DNA of 64,000 nt, from assembly GCA_030390025.1 (NCBI GenBank), contig JASTWF010000339.1, positions 1 to 64,000 of the forward strand. Direction: 5' to 3'. The notes beneath the pieces were generated by a model that saw nothing but the letters and a program-made list of their open reading frames with translations, was not told the DNA's origin and did no database searches. Position 1 is the stretch's first letter, and each line of letters begins with the position of its first letter. This document shows positions 24,875-36,870 of the stretch, piece by piece. The DNA comes from Squalus acanthias. Taxonomy: Eukaryota. The position numbers were made by a program, and so were the translations under genes.

Positions 24875-27481
24875 ACAGACATCAAGTACCTGCAGAGATG
24901 CAAGAAAGCAGACAAGATTCCGAAAGGACTACAGATCACGAACCCACTCAAGTTGACATACAACACAGACTACGCTGAGAGACTTTGCCATCGTACCTCT
25001 CGCACACTCCTCAACCATCTCGTACACCAGCTCTACAGCAGACGTCGCAACCTCGAAACCAAGATAGAGTCCATGCTCTCAGCCTGTGCTCAGGACACAG
25101 CAGACCAGCTACGAGACACCGCCAAACAGACGAGGCAACGGAACTACGCTGCCTACATGCGCATCAAGAACAGGAAGCTTGAGAAACTCGGCGTAACCAC
25201 CAGCTGCAACCAAGCCTCCCCCGGTACCACGGTTGCAACCACAGGGAAGTCCATCGTCAACCTGTCGGACCACACCCTTCAACCAGACGAAATCGAAGTT
25301 CTCGCCCTAGGGCTCAAGTTCTGCCCCACCACCAAAATGGACCCCATCGGTCTCGCGGCGGACACAGAGGAATTCATCAGGAGAATGAGGATCCGGGAAT
25401 ACTACCACAAATCCCAAGATGTCAGCAACATTCCTAATGAGACAATCAATGATCCGGAACAGCAGACAGAGGGAACCGCAGTGCTACAACCGAGGAAGAA
25501 AGAGTCAAATTGGACCCCTCCGGAGGGTCGCAGCCCTAAACTTGACATGTATGCTCAAGCTGTCAGGAAATGCATCAACGCCAGATTCATCAGCCGTACT
25601 CACAAGACAGTCCAGAATGTCACCCGAGCACAACGCAACGCCATCCACGCTCTCAAGAGCAACCGCAACATCGTCATCAAACCAGCGGACAAAGGAGGAG
25701 CCATCGTCATACAGAACAGAATGGACTATTGCAAAGAAGCATACCGACAACGGGACAACCAGGAACACTACAGACAGCTACCCGCAGATCTGACCAAAGA
25801 ACACACCCGCCAACTCAATAGACTGATCAAGACCTTCGATCCAGACCTTCAAAACATCCTACGCGCTCTCATCCCACGTACTCCCCGCGTAGGAGACTTT
25901 TACTGCCTCCCAAAGATACACAAAGCCAACACACCCAGACGTCCTATCGTATCAGGCAACGGAACCCTGTGTGAGAACCTCTCTGGGTACGTCGAGGGCA
26001 TCCTGAAACCCATCGTACAGGGAACCCCCAGCTTCTGTCGCGACACTACAGACTTCTTGCAGAAACTCAGCACCCATGGACCAGTTGAACCAGGAACACT
26101 CCTCGTCACGATGGACGTATCGGCACTCTACACCAATATCCCCCACAATGACGGCATCGCTGCGACAGCCTCAGTACTCAACACCAACAACAGCCAATCT
26201 CCGGACGCCATCCTACAACTCATCCGCTTCATCCTTGACCACAATGTCTTCACCTTCGACAACCATTTTTTTACCCAAACACACGGAACAGCCATGGGGA
26301 CCAAATTCGCACCCCAATACGCCAACATCTTCATGCACAAGTTCGAGCAAGACTTCTTCGCTGCACAGCACCTCCAACCAATGCTGTACACCAGATACAT
26401 CGACGACATCTTCTTCCTTTGGACCCACGGCGAAGGATCACTGAAAGGACTACACGATAGCATCAACAGGTTCCATCCCACCATCAAACTCACCATGGAC
26501 TACTCCTCAGAATCGGTTTCATTCTTGGACACACGAATCTCCATCAAAGACGGACGCCTCAGCACTTCACTCTACCGCAAGCCCACGGATAACCTCACGA
26601 TGCTCCACTTCTCCAGCTTCCACCCTAACCACGTTAAAGAAGCCATCCCCTATGGACAAGCCCTGCGAATACACAGGATCTGCTCAGACGAGGAGGAACG
26701 CGATGGACACCTACGGACACTGAAAGACGCCCTCGTAAGAACGGGATATGACGCTCGACTCGTCGATCGACAGTTCCGACGGGCCACAGCGAAAAACCGC
26801 ATAGACCTCCTCAGAAGACGAACACGGGACACAACCAACAGAGTACCCTACGTCGTCCAGTACTTCCCCGGAGCGGAAAAACTACGCCATGTTCTTCGCA
26901 GCCTTCAACATGTCATCGATGACGGCGAACACCTTGCTAAGGCCATCCCCACGCCTCCACTACTCGCCTTCAAGCAGCCGCCTAACCTCAAAAGTACCAT
27001 CGTTCGCAGCAGATTACCCATCTTTCAGGAGAACAGCAACCACGACACCACACAACCCTGCCACAGCAACCTCTGCAAGACATGCCAGATCATGGACACA
27101 GATACCATCATCACACGTGAGGACACTACCCACCAGGTACATGGTACATACTCATGTGACTCGGCCAATGTTGTCTACCTGATATGTTGCAATAAAGGAT
27201 GCCCCAGAGCATGGTACATCGGCGAGACCATGCAGACACTGAGACAACGTATGAACGGACACCACGCAACAATCGCCAGGCAGGAGGGTTGCCTCCCAGT
27301 CGGGGAACACTTCAGCAGTCAGGGGCATTCAGCCTCGGATCTGCGGGTAAGCGTTCTCCAAAGCGGCCTTTGGGATACACGACAGCGCAAAATCATAGAG
27401 CAGAAACTGATAGCCAAGTTCTGCACTCATGAGGATGGCCTCAATCGCGATATCAGGTTCATGTCACGATACAGAACGTGA
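24875..27481 (+). CDS. PLE polyprotein: reverse transcriptase + GIY-YIG endonuclease (5'-truncated, open frame)
   Basis: IKPADKGG, YCLPKIHK, RPIVS, TMDVSALYTNI, GTAMG..FAP.YANIFM, RYIDDIF, FLD, Cys-containing linker (PCHSNLCKTC), VVYLI.C..C...WYIGET...LRQRMNGH. The first ~31 aa of ORF 24782..27481 derive from the inverted arm and are not native. Confidence 0.93.
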   Translation, partial: TDIKYLQRCKKADKIPKGLQITNPLKLTYNTDYAERLCHRTSRTLLNHLVHQLYSRRRNLETKIESMLSACAQDTADQLRDTAKQTRQRNYAAYMRIKNRKLEKLGVTTSCNQASPGTTVATTGKSIVNLSDHTLQPDEIEVLALGLKFCPTTKMDPIGLAADTEEFIRRMRIREYYHKSQDVSNIPNETINDPEQQTEGTAVLQPRKKESNWTPPEGRSPKLDMYAQAVRKCINARFISRTHKTVQNVTRAQRNAIHALKSNRNIVIKPADKGGAIVIQNRMDYCKEAYRQRDNQEHYRQLPADLTKEHTRQLNRLIKTFDPDLQNILRALIPRTPRVGDFYCLPKIHKANTPRRPIVSGNGTLCENLSGYVEGILKPIVQGTPSFCRDTTDFLQKLSTHGPVEPGTLLVTMDVSALYTNIPHNDGIAATASVLNTNNSQSPDAILQLIRFILDHNVFTFDNHFFTQTHGTAMGTKFAPQYANIFMHKFEQDFFAAQHLQPMLYTRYIDDIFFLWTHGEGSLKGLHDSINRFHPTIKLTMDYSSESVSFLDTRISIKDGRLSTSLYRKPTDNLTMLHFSSFHPNHVKEAIPYGQALRIHRICSDEEERDGHLRTLKDALVRTGYDARLVDRQFRRATAKNRIDLLRRRTRDTTNRVPYVVQYFPGAEKLRHVLRSLQHVIDDGEHLAKAIPTPPLLAFKQPPNLKSTIVRSRLPIFQENSNHDTTQPCHSNLCKTCQIMDTDTIITREDTTHQVHGTYSCDSANVVYLICCNKGCPRAWYIGETMQTLRQRMNGHHATIARQEGCLPVGEHFSSQGHSASDLRVSVLQSGLWDTRQRKIIEQKLIAKFCTHEDGLNRDIRFMSRYRT

Positions 27482-27712
27482 CTTGACATCATGGCCGGTC
27501 TTTCCAGGTTTAAAAAAAAAAAAACTAACACAAGAACCTAACACAAATGGAGAGGATATGCAGCCAGCAGGTGTTTTGACACGTTGGACCCCCTGGGACA
27601 CATCTCATTGTCTTGGCTGTGCTCTTAGTGTGTCTTTGATGTAGGGAAAGATTTCAATACATTTTTTCTGTGTTTATATTGTGAATTCTGGGAGATTCTC
27701 TCACAGCTACCC

Positions 27713-27748
27713 TACCTGAAGAAGGAGCGACAGTTCCGAAAGCTTGTA
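27713..27748 (+). ncRNA. Minimal type-I hammerhead ribozyme motif in the PLE 3' terminal region
   Basis: TAC-CTGAAGA-AGGAGCGACAGTTCC-GAAA-GCTT-GTA: core CUGANGA/GAAA/UH, stem II, palindromic AAGCUU stem III, stem I TAC/GTA. Confidence 0.75.
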
Positions 27749-30700
27749 ATTTTAAATAAATCTGTTGGACTATAACCTGGTGTTGTGCGACTTCTCATTT
27801 TTGTCCACCCCAGTCCAACGCCGGCATCTCCACATCATAGTATAATATAAACAGAGACAGGGTCAGGTATAACATAAACAGAGAAAGAGTCTAGTGTAAT
27901 ATAAAGAGATACAGGGTCTAATGTAATATAAAGAGAGGCTGTCTCTAGTGTAAAATAAACAGCGACGGGGTCTAGTGTAATTCAAACAGAGACAGGGTCT
28001 AGTGAAATATAAACAGAGACTGGGTCAAGTGTAAAATAAACAAAGACATGGTCTAGTGTAATATAAACAGAGACAGGGTCTCGTGTAATATAAACAGAAA
28101 CCGGCTCTATTGTAATATAAACAGCGACAGGGTCTAGTGTACTATCAACATTGACAGGGGCTAGTGTATATCAAAAGAGACAGGTTCTAGTGTAATATAA
28201 ACAGAGACAGGGTCGAGAGTAATATAAACAGAGACGGGGTCTAGTGTAAAATAAACATAGACCGGGTCTAGTATAATATAAACTGAGACATGGTCGAGTG
28301 TAATATAACCAGAGACATTGTCCAGTGTAATATAAGCAGAGACAGGGTCTAGAGTAATATAAACAGAGACAGGGTCTGGTGTAATATAAACAGTGCAAGG
28401 GTGTAATGTAATATAAACAGCGACAGGGTCTAGTATAATACAAACAGAGACAGGGTCTAGTGTTATATAAACTGAGTTAGGGTCTCGTTTAATATAAACA
28501 GAGACAGGGTCAGGTATAATATAAACAGAGAAAAAGTCTAGTGTAATATAAAGAGATACAGGGTCTTAGGTAATATAAACATAGACAGTGTGCAGTGTAT
28601 AATAAACAGAGACGGGGTCTAGTGTAATTCAAACAGAGACAGGGTCTAGTGTAATATAAACAGAGACAGGGTCTCGTGTAGTATAAACAGAAACCGGCTC
28701 TAGTGTAAAATAAACAGAGACAGGGTCTCGTGTAATATAACCAGTGACAGGGACCAGTGTAATATCAACAGAGACAGGTTCTAGTGTAATTTAAACAGAG
28801 ACAGGGTCTAGTGTAATATAAACAGAGACTGGGTCAAGTGTAATATAAACAGAGACAGGGCTGGTTTAATATAAACAGAGACAGGGTCTCGTGTAATATA
28901 AACAGAAACCGGGTCCATTATAATATAAACAGAAACAGGGTCTAGTGTAACATAAACAGAGACAGGGTCTCATGTAATATAAACAGTGACGGGGTCCAGT
29001 GTAAAATAAACAGAGACAGTGTCGAGTATAATATAAACTGAGACAGGGACCAGTGCAATATAAAAAGAGACAGGGTCTAGTGTAATATAAACAGAAACAG
29101 TTCTATTGCAGTAATAACTGTTACAGGGTCTAGTGTAATATAAAAGAGACAGGGTCTAGTTCAATATAAACAGAAGCCGAGTCTAGTGCAATATAAACAG
29201 AAGCAGGGTCTAGTGTAATATAACCAGAGACAGGTTAGAGTGTAAAATAAACAGAGACAGGGTCTAGTGTAATATAAACAGATACAGTTCTGGTGCAGTA
29301 ATAACTGAGACAGGGTCGAGTGTAACTTAAACAGAGACGGGGTCTAGTGTAATATAAACTGTTACAGGGTCTAGTGTAATATAAAAGAAACAGGGTCTAG
29401 TTTAATATAAACAGAAGCCGCGTCTAGTGCAATATAAACAGAAGCAGGTTCCAGTGTAATATAAACAGAGACAGGGTCTGGTGTAATATAAACAGAGACA
29501 GGGTCTTTTGTAATATAAAGAGAGACAGGGTCTAGTGTAATATAAACAGAGACAGGGACTTGTGTAATATAAACAGAGACAGCGTCTAGTGTAATATAAA
29601 CAGAGACAGGGTCTAGTGTAATATAAACTGAGACAGGGTCTAGCGTAATATAAACAGAGACAGGGTCAGGTGTGAAATAAACAGAGAAAGAGTCTAGTGT
29701 AATATAAAGAGATTCAGGGTCTAGTGTAATATAAACAGAGACAGGGTCTAGTGTAATATAAACAGAGACAGCGTCCAGTGTAATATAAACAGAGACAGGG
29801 TCTAGTGTAATATAAACAGAGACATGGTCTGGTGTAATATAAACAGAGACTGGGTCAAGTGTAAAATAAACAGAGACAGGGTCTAGTGTAATATAAACAG
29901 AGACAGGGTCTAGTGTAATATAAACAGAGACAGGGTCTAGTGTAATACAAACAGAGACAGGATCTAGTGTGATGTAAACAGGGACAGGGTGTTCTGCCAT
30001 AATAAGTGTGACTGGAGCTAATGTAATAAACAGAGATGCGTTCTAATATAAAATACACAGCGACATGGTCCAGTACAGTAATAACTGAGATGGTGCCTGC
30101 GCATAGTAGAATTTAAACTGACCCATGATTGATTGCGGTGATAATTGAGACAGGGCTGAGTGAAATTTGCACAAAGTATGGTCCAGTGCAATATTAAATG
30201 AAACAGGGCCTAGTGTCATCTAAACAGAGACACTATCTAGTGCAGTCAGAACTGAGAAAGTGTCCAGTGCAATTTTAACAGAGACAGTGTCTAGTGCAGT
30301 AATAAATGAGACATGGTCTGGTATAATATAAACAGAGTCGGAGTCTAGTGTAATATAAACAGAGACAGGGTCTGGTGTAATATAAACAGAGACAGGGTCC
30401 AGTGTAATATAAACAGAGACAGGGTCTAGTGTAATATAAACAGAGACAGGGTCCAGTACAATATAAACAGAGACAGTGTCTAGTGCAGTAATAAATGAGA
30501 CATGGTCTGGTATAATATAAACAGAGTCGGGGTCTAGTGTAATATAAACAGAGGCAAGGTTTTCACCATTAGAAGTGAGACTGGAGCTAATGTACAAATC
30601 AAAGACGCGGTCTAATGGAATATACACAACAACAGTGTCCAGTGCAATAATAATTAAGGCAGGGTCTAGTGCAATATAAAAAGAGACAGGGTGCAGTGCA

Positions 30701-31272
30701 ATGATAATTCAGACAAGGCCGCGTGTAATATAAACGGAGACAGGGTCTAGTGTAATATAAACAGAGACAGGGTCTAGTGTAATATAAATAGAGCTAAGGT
30801 CTACTGTAATATAAACAGAGACAGGGCCTAGTGTAATATAAACAGAGACAGGGTCTAGTGTAATATAAACAGAGACAGGGCCTAGTGTAATATAAACAGA
30901 GACAGGGTCTAGTGTAATATAAACAGAGACAGGGTCTAGTGTAATATAAACAGAGACAGGGCCTAGTGTAATATAAACAGAGAAAGGGTATGGTGTAATA
31001 TAAACAGAGACAGGGTCTAGTGTAATATAAACAGAGACAGGGTCTAGTGTAACATAATCAGAGACAGGGTCTAGTGTAATATAACCGGAGACAGGGTCTA
31101 GTGTAATATAAACAGAGACAGGGTCTAGTGTAATATAAAAAGAGACAGGGTCTAGTGTAATATAAACAGAGACAGGGCCCAGTGTAATATAAACAGAGAC
31201 AGGGTCTAATGTAATATAAACAGAGACAGGGCCTAGTGTAATATAAACAGAGACAGGATCTAGTGTAATATA

Positions 31273-32033
31273 GTGGAGATGCCGGCGTTGGACTGGGGTG
31301 GACAAAAATGAGAAGTCGCACAACACCAGGTTATAGTCCAACAGATTTATTTAATTTTACAAGCTTTTGGAGCTGTTCGCTCCTTCCTCAGGTAGGTTAG
31401 CAGTGAGAGAATCTCCCAGAATTCACAATTTAAACACAGACAAAATCTATTCAAATCTTTCCCTACATCAAAGACACACTAAGAGCACAGCCAAGACAAT
31501 GAGATGTGTCCCAGGGGGTCCAACGTGTCAAACCACCTGCTGGCTGCATATCCTGTCAATTTGTGTTGGTTCTTGTGTTAGTCCTTTTAAAAAAAAAACA
31601 AACACCTGGGAAGACCGGCCATGATGTCAAGTCACATTCTGTATCGTGACATGAACCCGATATCGCGATTGAGGCCATCCTCATGAGTGCGGAACTTGGC
31701 TACGTGACTTGACATCATGGCCGGTCTTCCCAGGTGTTTGTTTTTTTTTTTAAAAAGACTAACACAAGAACCAACACAAATTGACAGGATATGCAGCCAG
31801 CAGGTGGTTTGACACGTTGGACCCCCCTGGGACACATCTCATTGTCTTGGCTGTGCTCTTAGTGTGTCTTTGATGTAGGGAAAGATTTGAATAGATTTTG
31901 TCTGTGTTTAAATTGTGAATTCTGGGAGATTCTCTCACTGCTAACCTACCTGAGGAAGGAGCGAACAGCTCCGAAAGCTTGTAAAATTAAATAAATCTGT
32001 TGGACTATAACCTGGTGTTGTGCAACTTCTCAT
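31273..32033. mobile_element. Non-autonomous fold-back Penelope derivative (~760 bp)
   Basis: Arms ~31308-31635 and 31703-32033 are inverted copies of the PLE 3' region; the extra tail is only on the left; TAGTGTAATATA is duplicated at 31261-31272 and 32034-32045. Confidence 0.93.
31947..31983 (+). ncRNA. Minimal hammerhead ribozyme motif
   Basis: TAC-CTGAGGA-AGGAGCGAACAGCTCC-GAAA-GCTT-GTA; the mirror copy at 31358-31394 has GAAA>AAAA. Confidence 0.75.
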
Positions 32034-32594
32034 TAGTGTAATATAAACAGAGAGAGGGCCTAGTGTAATATAAACAGAGACAGGGTCTAGCGTAATATAA
32101 ACAGAGACAGGGCCCAGTGTAATATAAACAGAGACAGGGTCTAATGTAATATAAACAGAGTCAGGGTCTAGTGTAATATAAACAGAGACAGGGTCTAATG
32201 TAATATAAACAGAGTCAGAGTCTAGTGTAATATAAACAGAGACAGGGACTAGTGAAATATTAACTGAGGCAGGGTCTAGTGTAATATAAACAGAGACAGG
32301 GTCCAGTGTAATTTAAAAACATACAGACTCTGCACTCTGTCAATTAATCCCCTCACACTTCATGTCCCTGCTCTCAGACTGCGGGGTTCACGGTTTATTT
32401 TCTATCCAATCATTCTCGAAATATTCTGATCATTGAAGGCTGTCACATTCCATTTGTGCAATGCCTGTTTAATTGTTTTTTGTAATGTTACTATTGTTGG
32501 GACTGAAATGGTTAACTTGGTCTGTTTGTTTAACGACTGTAATTAATGTCAGTTCCCAGGGAATCTGCTCGTCTCTCTGGAGTTTTTACTCTAA

Positions 32595-32602
32595 TATAAA
32601 TA
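32595..32602 (+). promoter_or_regulatory. Candidate TATA box of the GPCR gene
   Basis: TATAAATA 100 bp upstream of the ATG at 32695. Confidence 0.4.
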
Positions 32603-32694
32603 AGATGCTCCTTTGAATTCTCTATTCCATTAATTCAGTGGGAGCGGTTCCTCGAGCACTGATCAGTTCATCCTTTCCCGCCAAAAGTGGAACC

Positions 32695-32791
32695 ATGTTT
32701 CGGGATTCCACACTAACTCTTCGGATGCTATGGGCAGTCTGGGACGTACAAAAGATTTACTTCCCCACCATCGCTGCCGTTGGTGTTCCCA
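32695..32791 (+). CDS. GPR139/GPR142-like orphan GPCR, coding exon 1
   Basis: ACCATG start; MFRDSTLTLRMLWAVWDVQKIYFPTIAAVGVP, then a phase-1 donor A|GTAAGT at 32792; joins in frame to 35972 to rebuild TM1 (GVP-x-NLV). Confidence 0.8.
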
Positions 32792-32984
32792 GTAAGTCCA
32801 ACTATTATCATCGTGAAGCATGTTTAACTGTATTACTGTTGTTCTGTGTTTCCCAATATCTTCCACAGTCTCGGATCATTGATGTTCCTGGTAAGTCCAA
32901 CTATTAACTCCGTGCACCATTTTTAACTTTGTTGCTGTTCCTCTGTGACTCCCATTTCCTGCCACAGTCTCAGGTCGCTGATGT

Positions 32985-33200
32985 TCATAGAATCATAGAG
33001 AGTTATACTGCAGAAGGAGGGCATTCGGACCCTCGCACCTGTACCGGACTCTGTGAAAGAGCAGTCGTGCTTAGTCCCACATTCCCGCTTTTTACCGGTA
33101 ACCCTGTAAGTTTCTCATCCTCATGTTCCTGTCCAACTCTCTTTTAAAACTGTTGTTGGAATAGCTTCCACCACCTATTCAGTTGGAGCGTTCCGATCCC
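32985..33200 (-). mobile_element. Short decayed CR1-type 3' end/SINE tail
   Basis: CATAGAATCATAGA tail and GCATTCGGACC; flanked by ATGTTC on both sides. Confidence 0.55.
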
Positions 33201-35450
33201 GACATGTTCCTGGGAAGTAACTGTTGGTTCAGTGTTGTTGCTTATGATGAAGGGACATGAAAGCTTAGCGCGCCTGAAAGATCTGCCGCTGTTACATATT
33301 TCAATCCAGGTTCCCACCCACTGATCTGAAATCAGTTAACTCTTTTAAACAGTGAGCCAAGAAATGCTACATGGAAGCGTTAAGGGTTTTCCACTTCATC
33401 GCCAACAGTAATGTTTACTCTTCTCTTCAGATAGTAATTCTCGAGACCATGTTTGTTTGATTGTTACTGTGGTTGTGATTTAGATAATTTACCCGCTGTT
33501 GGTTGTGCTCCGTGTATCCCTCTTGGTGTGCGGTATTGGAAGGTGTCTGTCTTGATGTGTTTGTTATACAGTCGCCTGTTCACTGGTCTGAGTTTAATGG
33601 ACACTGCGGCCTCACTCCTGTCATCTGTTTAACAATGTTTGAGAGGTAACTGTACTTTGACTCTTTAACGCCACCAATGTTACTCTTTGTCCCAGAATGA
33701 TGCCGGAACTGTGCTGTTCCATTAGATCAGAAATGTGTTTTCAGGAAGATTTTATATTCCGTATTCTGCGTACAGTTCAATGGGTAGAGCAGTAGCGATC
33801 TGACAGAAAGTCCAAAAATACACAGAAACGTTTGAGAAAACCCGCCAGCTCCACTTCACTGTCTGACTTTCCACCATCGCCCACTCCGCACTCCTCCCAT
33901 TGGTTGAGGATGTTTAAGACATGATTACAAGTGTAATGTTTGTTCCAGTAATATAGTCAATGAATCGTATTTTTAAAAACTTAATATTAATCATTACTCT
34001 GACACTCAGTGTAAAGCCATGCGGGCCTTGCACAGTTCAGGGAGTCTCTCAGTGAGGCGCAACCTGACTTTGGATAATCGCCTATGTCCTTTCTATCATC
34101 AATTGAAAACCCGGACAATTTATATTAATACGCGATTAATTGTTTGGTTGTAATTCAGTCTAAGAAAGTATATTGGTAAAGTATTGGGAAATCTGCCGTA
34201 AAATTAATTGCAATATATATATGAACTGAAAGTACTCATTTTAAATTAAAATAAAGCATTCGATTTACACAGCGTTTTATCTTATCTGTGCGAATGGTAA
34301 AACGTGTTTGACATTTACACACATGAAGTAGAGAGAACTTGGAGCAAAATCAGCCGCAATTTTTCACACAGCAGCTGGTAAATAGTTTAGTTGATGTTGT
34401 CTGGTGCTGGAATGTTGGCAATGACACCGAGAGCTCCATGTTCTTCCCGAAATAGTCCCAACGTTAACATCCCATGAATGAGAAGAGCGGGTCGAGACGA
34501 TCTCTCATCACACTCTCCCCGGAGGGAGGGCGCCTCTGATCAGTATTTAACTGGAGTGTTAACCCGCTCAAGGCCAGGAGTGGAGCTTGAACCCATGAGA
34601 TTCACACTCAACACGAGCCGAACTGACTCGGAATGAATCCAATGACTGAGTTTTTAATACAATTTACGACAGATTTATATTTAATATATTTCCTTTCTTC
34701 TCCCGCCACTTCCTCTGTTCCAAGCGAAGGTCTAATATCGCCACCTAAGACCTACACATCCTCCGCTCTGCTTCATTCTGCTACTGCTCAGCCGCAGTCC
34801 CGCTGGAGGAGACCGCCTCATTCATCTCGCTCCTTCTTCATCTCCACATTCTAGTAACCCTGGAACTCCCTGATAATGTAATATCTTCCCATCTACTGCG
34901 TGCGTGTTTTCTTTTATTTTACCTCCATCTTTTCTCTCCCCTTTTCTGAAAGCGCTGATCTTTTGGACCACGGGCTACGACGGTACAAACGCCTTCACCG
35001 AGAGAACCTAGACAGGGTCCATAGTAGGTATCAGAACCCCGCGTAAGCTGTTCTCATCTCACTGCCACACCTATGCACCTTCCAGTAAGTGTTGGTGGCC
35101 AGTGATCAGAAGGAACATCCCTGCCGCATTTCCCCCCTGATCCTACAGCACTGTGACACAAGTAACAGCGAACGGCCAATTCCTTACAGTCTTCCGTCCG
35201 AACCCGGGAAGTGTGGGTAATTTTTGCCTCCAGCTAAAACAAGGTGTTGTTATCGACCAGATCCACCAGTAATCTCCCATCACAGGAATGGTTTTTCTTA
35301 TAGTTTTCTGCAGATCCTTTTATTTATTGTGTTAAATTTTATACTGTTCAGTTATTTATTTCATATTTTATTTCTGCTTTTATTGTAAACCATGTCTCCA
35401 GTAGAAAGTACTGTCACAGGTAAAATAATCAGTCTCTATACCTGGATGTA

Positions 35451-35875
35451 AACATAGAAACATAGAATCTAGGAGCAGGAGTAGGCCATTCGACCCGTCG
35501 AGCCTGCTCCACCATTCAATACGATCATGGCTGATCATCCAAATCCAGTACCCCGTCCCTGCTCTAATCCCCACAGTACACATATCCCACCCTACCCCCG
35601 TAACCCCACGTATTTAATTCCCCCTAACATATCCCATCCTATCCCCATAACCCCACATATTTAATCCCCCCCTAACACTAAGGTTCAATTTATCATAGCC
35701 AAATCAACCTAACCCGCACATTTTTGGACTGTGGGAGGAAACCGGAGCACCCAGAGGAAACCCACGCAGACACGGGGAGAATGTGCAAACTCCACACAGA
35801 CAGTCACCCGAGGTCAGATTCGAACCCGGGTCCCTGGCGCTGTGAGGCACCAGTGCTAACCACTATGCCACCGTG
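35451..35875 (-). mobile_element. Full-length HE1-type V-SINE in the GPCR intron
   Basis: Minus strand begins CACGGTGGCATAGTGGTTAGCACTG (A box) ... GGTTCGAATC (B box), then the V-domain and a CR1-like 3' tail with (TTCTATGT)n. Confidence 0.93.
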
Positions 35876-35971
35876 TAGTAGCAAAGCTTCTAATTTCAGA
35901 TCGAACTCCACCGGTTTGCTGCTTCTGTTGGAGCCTGATGTATAATTTCTGTTTTGTAACCTTCCTTACAG

Positions 35972-36870
35972 TGAACTTGGTGACGATTGTGATCCTGTCT
36001 CGGGGAAGGTGCGGCCTCTCCAAATGTGTCTCCCGTTACCTGGTGTCCATGGCAGCGGCGGATCTACTGGTCATTATCATTGACGTGATACTAAGACAGA
36101 TTCCCGTCGCTTACGCTGCACAATTCCTCTTTGTACGGAATATTAAAGTGTGTAATATCCACGCTGTCCTGCTGTATGCAGTCACAGACTGTTCTGTCTG
36201 GTTCACAGTCGCTTTCACCTTTGATCGATTTGTGGCCATTTGTTGCCAGAAGCTGAAAACAAAATATTGCACCGAGAAAACGGCGGCTGTGGTTCTAGGA
36301 ACAGTGACTGTGCTGTTTTGTTTGCAAAATATTTTTTGGTACTTTATGTACACAAGTGAATATTTACTGTTTAACATGCCTTGGTTTTGCAATGTATTAG
36401 ACAGTGTTTTCTTTTCACGGGTATGGGCAACAATAGAATCTCTTCATTTTATTTTAACCCCATTTATTCCTTTTGTTCTGATTCTGCTGCTCAATGCTTT
36501 AACCATCAGACACATTTTATTGTCGAGCAGAGTCCGCAGGAGACTCCGGGCCCACAGCAGTGGGGAGAGTCCCAGTGACCCAGAGATGGAGAAGCGAAAG
36601 AAATCCATCATTTTACTGTTTGTTATATCCGGGAATTTTATCCTGTTATGGGTGATGTTTTTGGTGAATTCCATATACTTGCGCATAATCGCAATGTATA
36701 ATGACTCGAACATTAGCACTTCGCATATCCTACAAGAAATTGGATTCATACTTCAACTGTTGAGTTCTTGCACAAACACTTGTATTTATGCCGTGACCCA
36801 GACTAAATTCAGAGAGGAGTTGAAGTCTTTGGTGAAATTTCCCATCGCTCTAATTGCTAAATTAATGTAA
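35972..36870 (+). CDS. GPR139/GPR142-like orphan class A GPCR, coding exon 2 (spliced product 331 aa)
   Basis: Acceptor CTTCCTTACAG|; hydrophobic segments for the rest of TM1 through TM7; MAAADL (TM2), AFTFDRFVAIC (DRY-like), Cys in ECL2, SSCTNTCIY (NPxxY-like), basic helix 8. Confidence 0.92.

Larger units (their letters stand above)
24874..27837 (+). mobile_element. Penelope-like element (probably Penelope/Poseidon type), forward arm with complete 3' end
   Basis: Uninterrupted ORF to 27481, then a 3' region with a hammerhead motif, AATAAA, and a 42-nt tail ending CTCCACATCA. Confidence 0.97.
15620..32315. repeat. 27-bp satellite array (~16.7 kb including inserts)
   Basis: Consensus TCTAGTGTAATATAAACAGAGACAGGG; it produces the spurious ITLDPVSVY / YYTRPCLCL ORFs; interrupted by four Penelope-derived inserts. 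Confidence 0.98.

Noticed and set aside
15620..32315. Long ORFs of ITLDPVSVY / YYTRPCLCL repeats, and CRISPR-like appearance
   Set aside because: Translation of a 27-bp satellite; head-to-tail units with no unique spacers and no cas genes; eukaryotic context.
35805..35875. tRNA gene
   Set aside because: The A/B boxes belong to the tRNA-derived head of a SINE that continues into the V-domain and LINE-derived tail.
35938..35971. Single-exon GPCR starting MYNFCFVTFLT
   Set aside because: This stretch is the polypyrimidine tract and acceptor; TM1 is completed by the upstream exon at 32695-32791.
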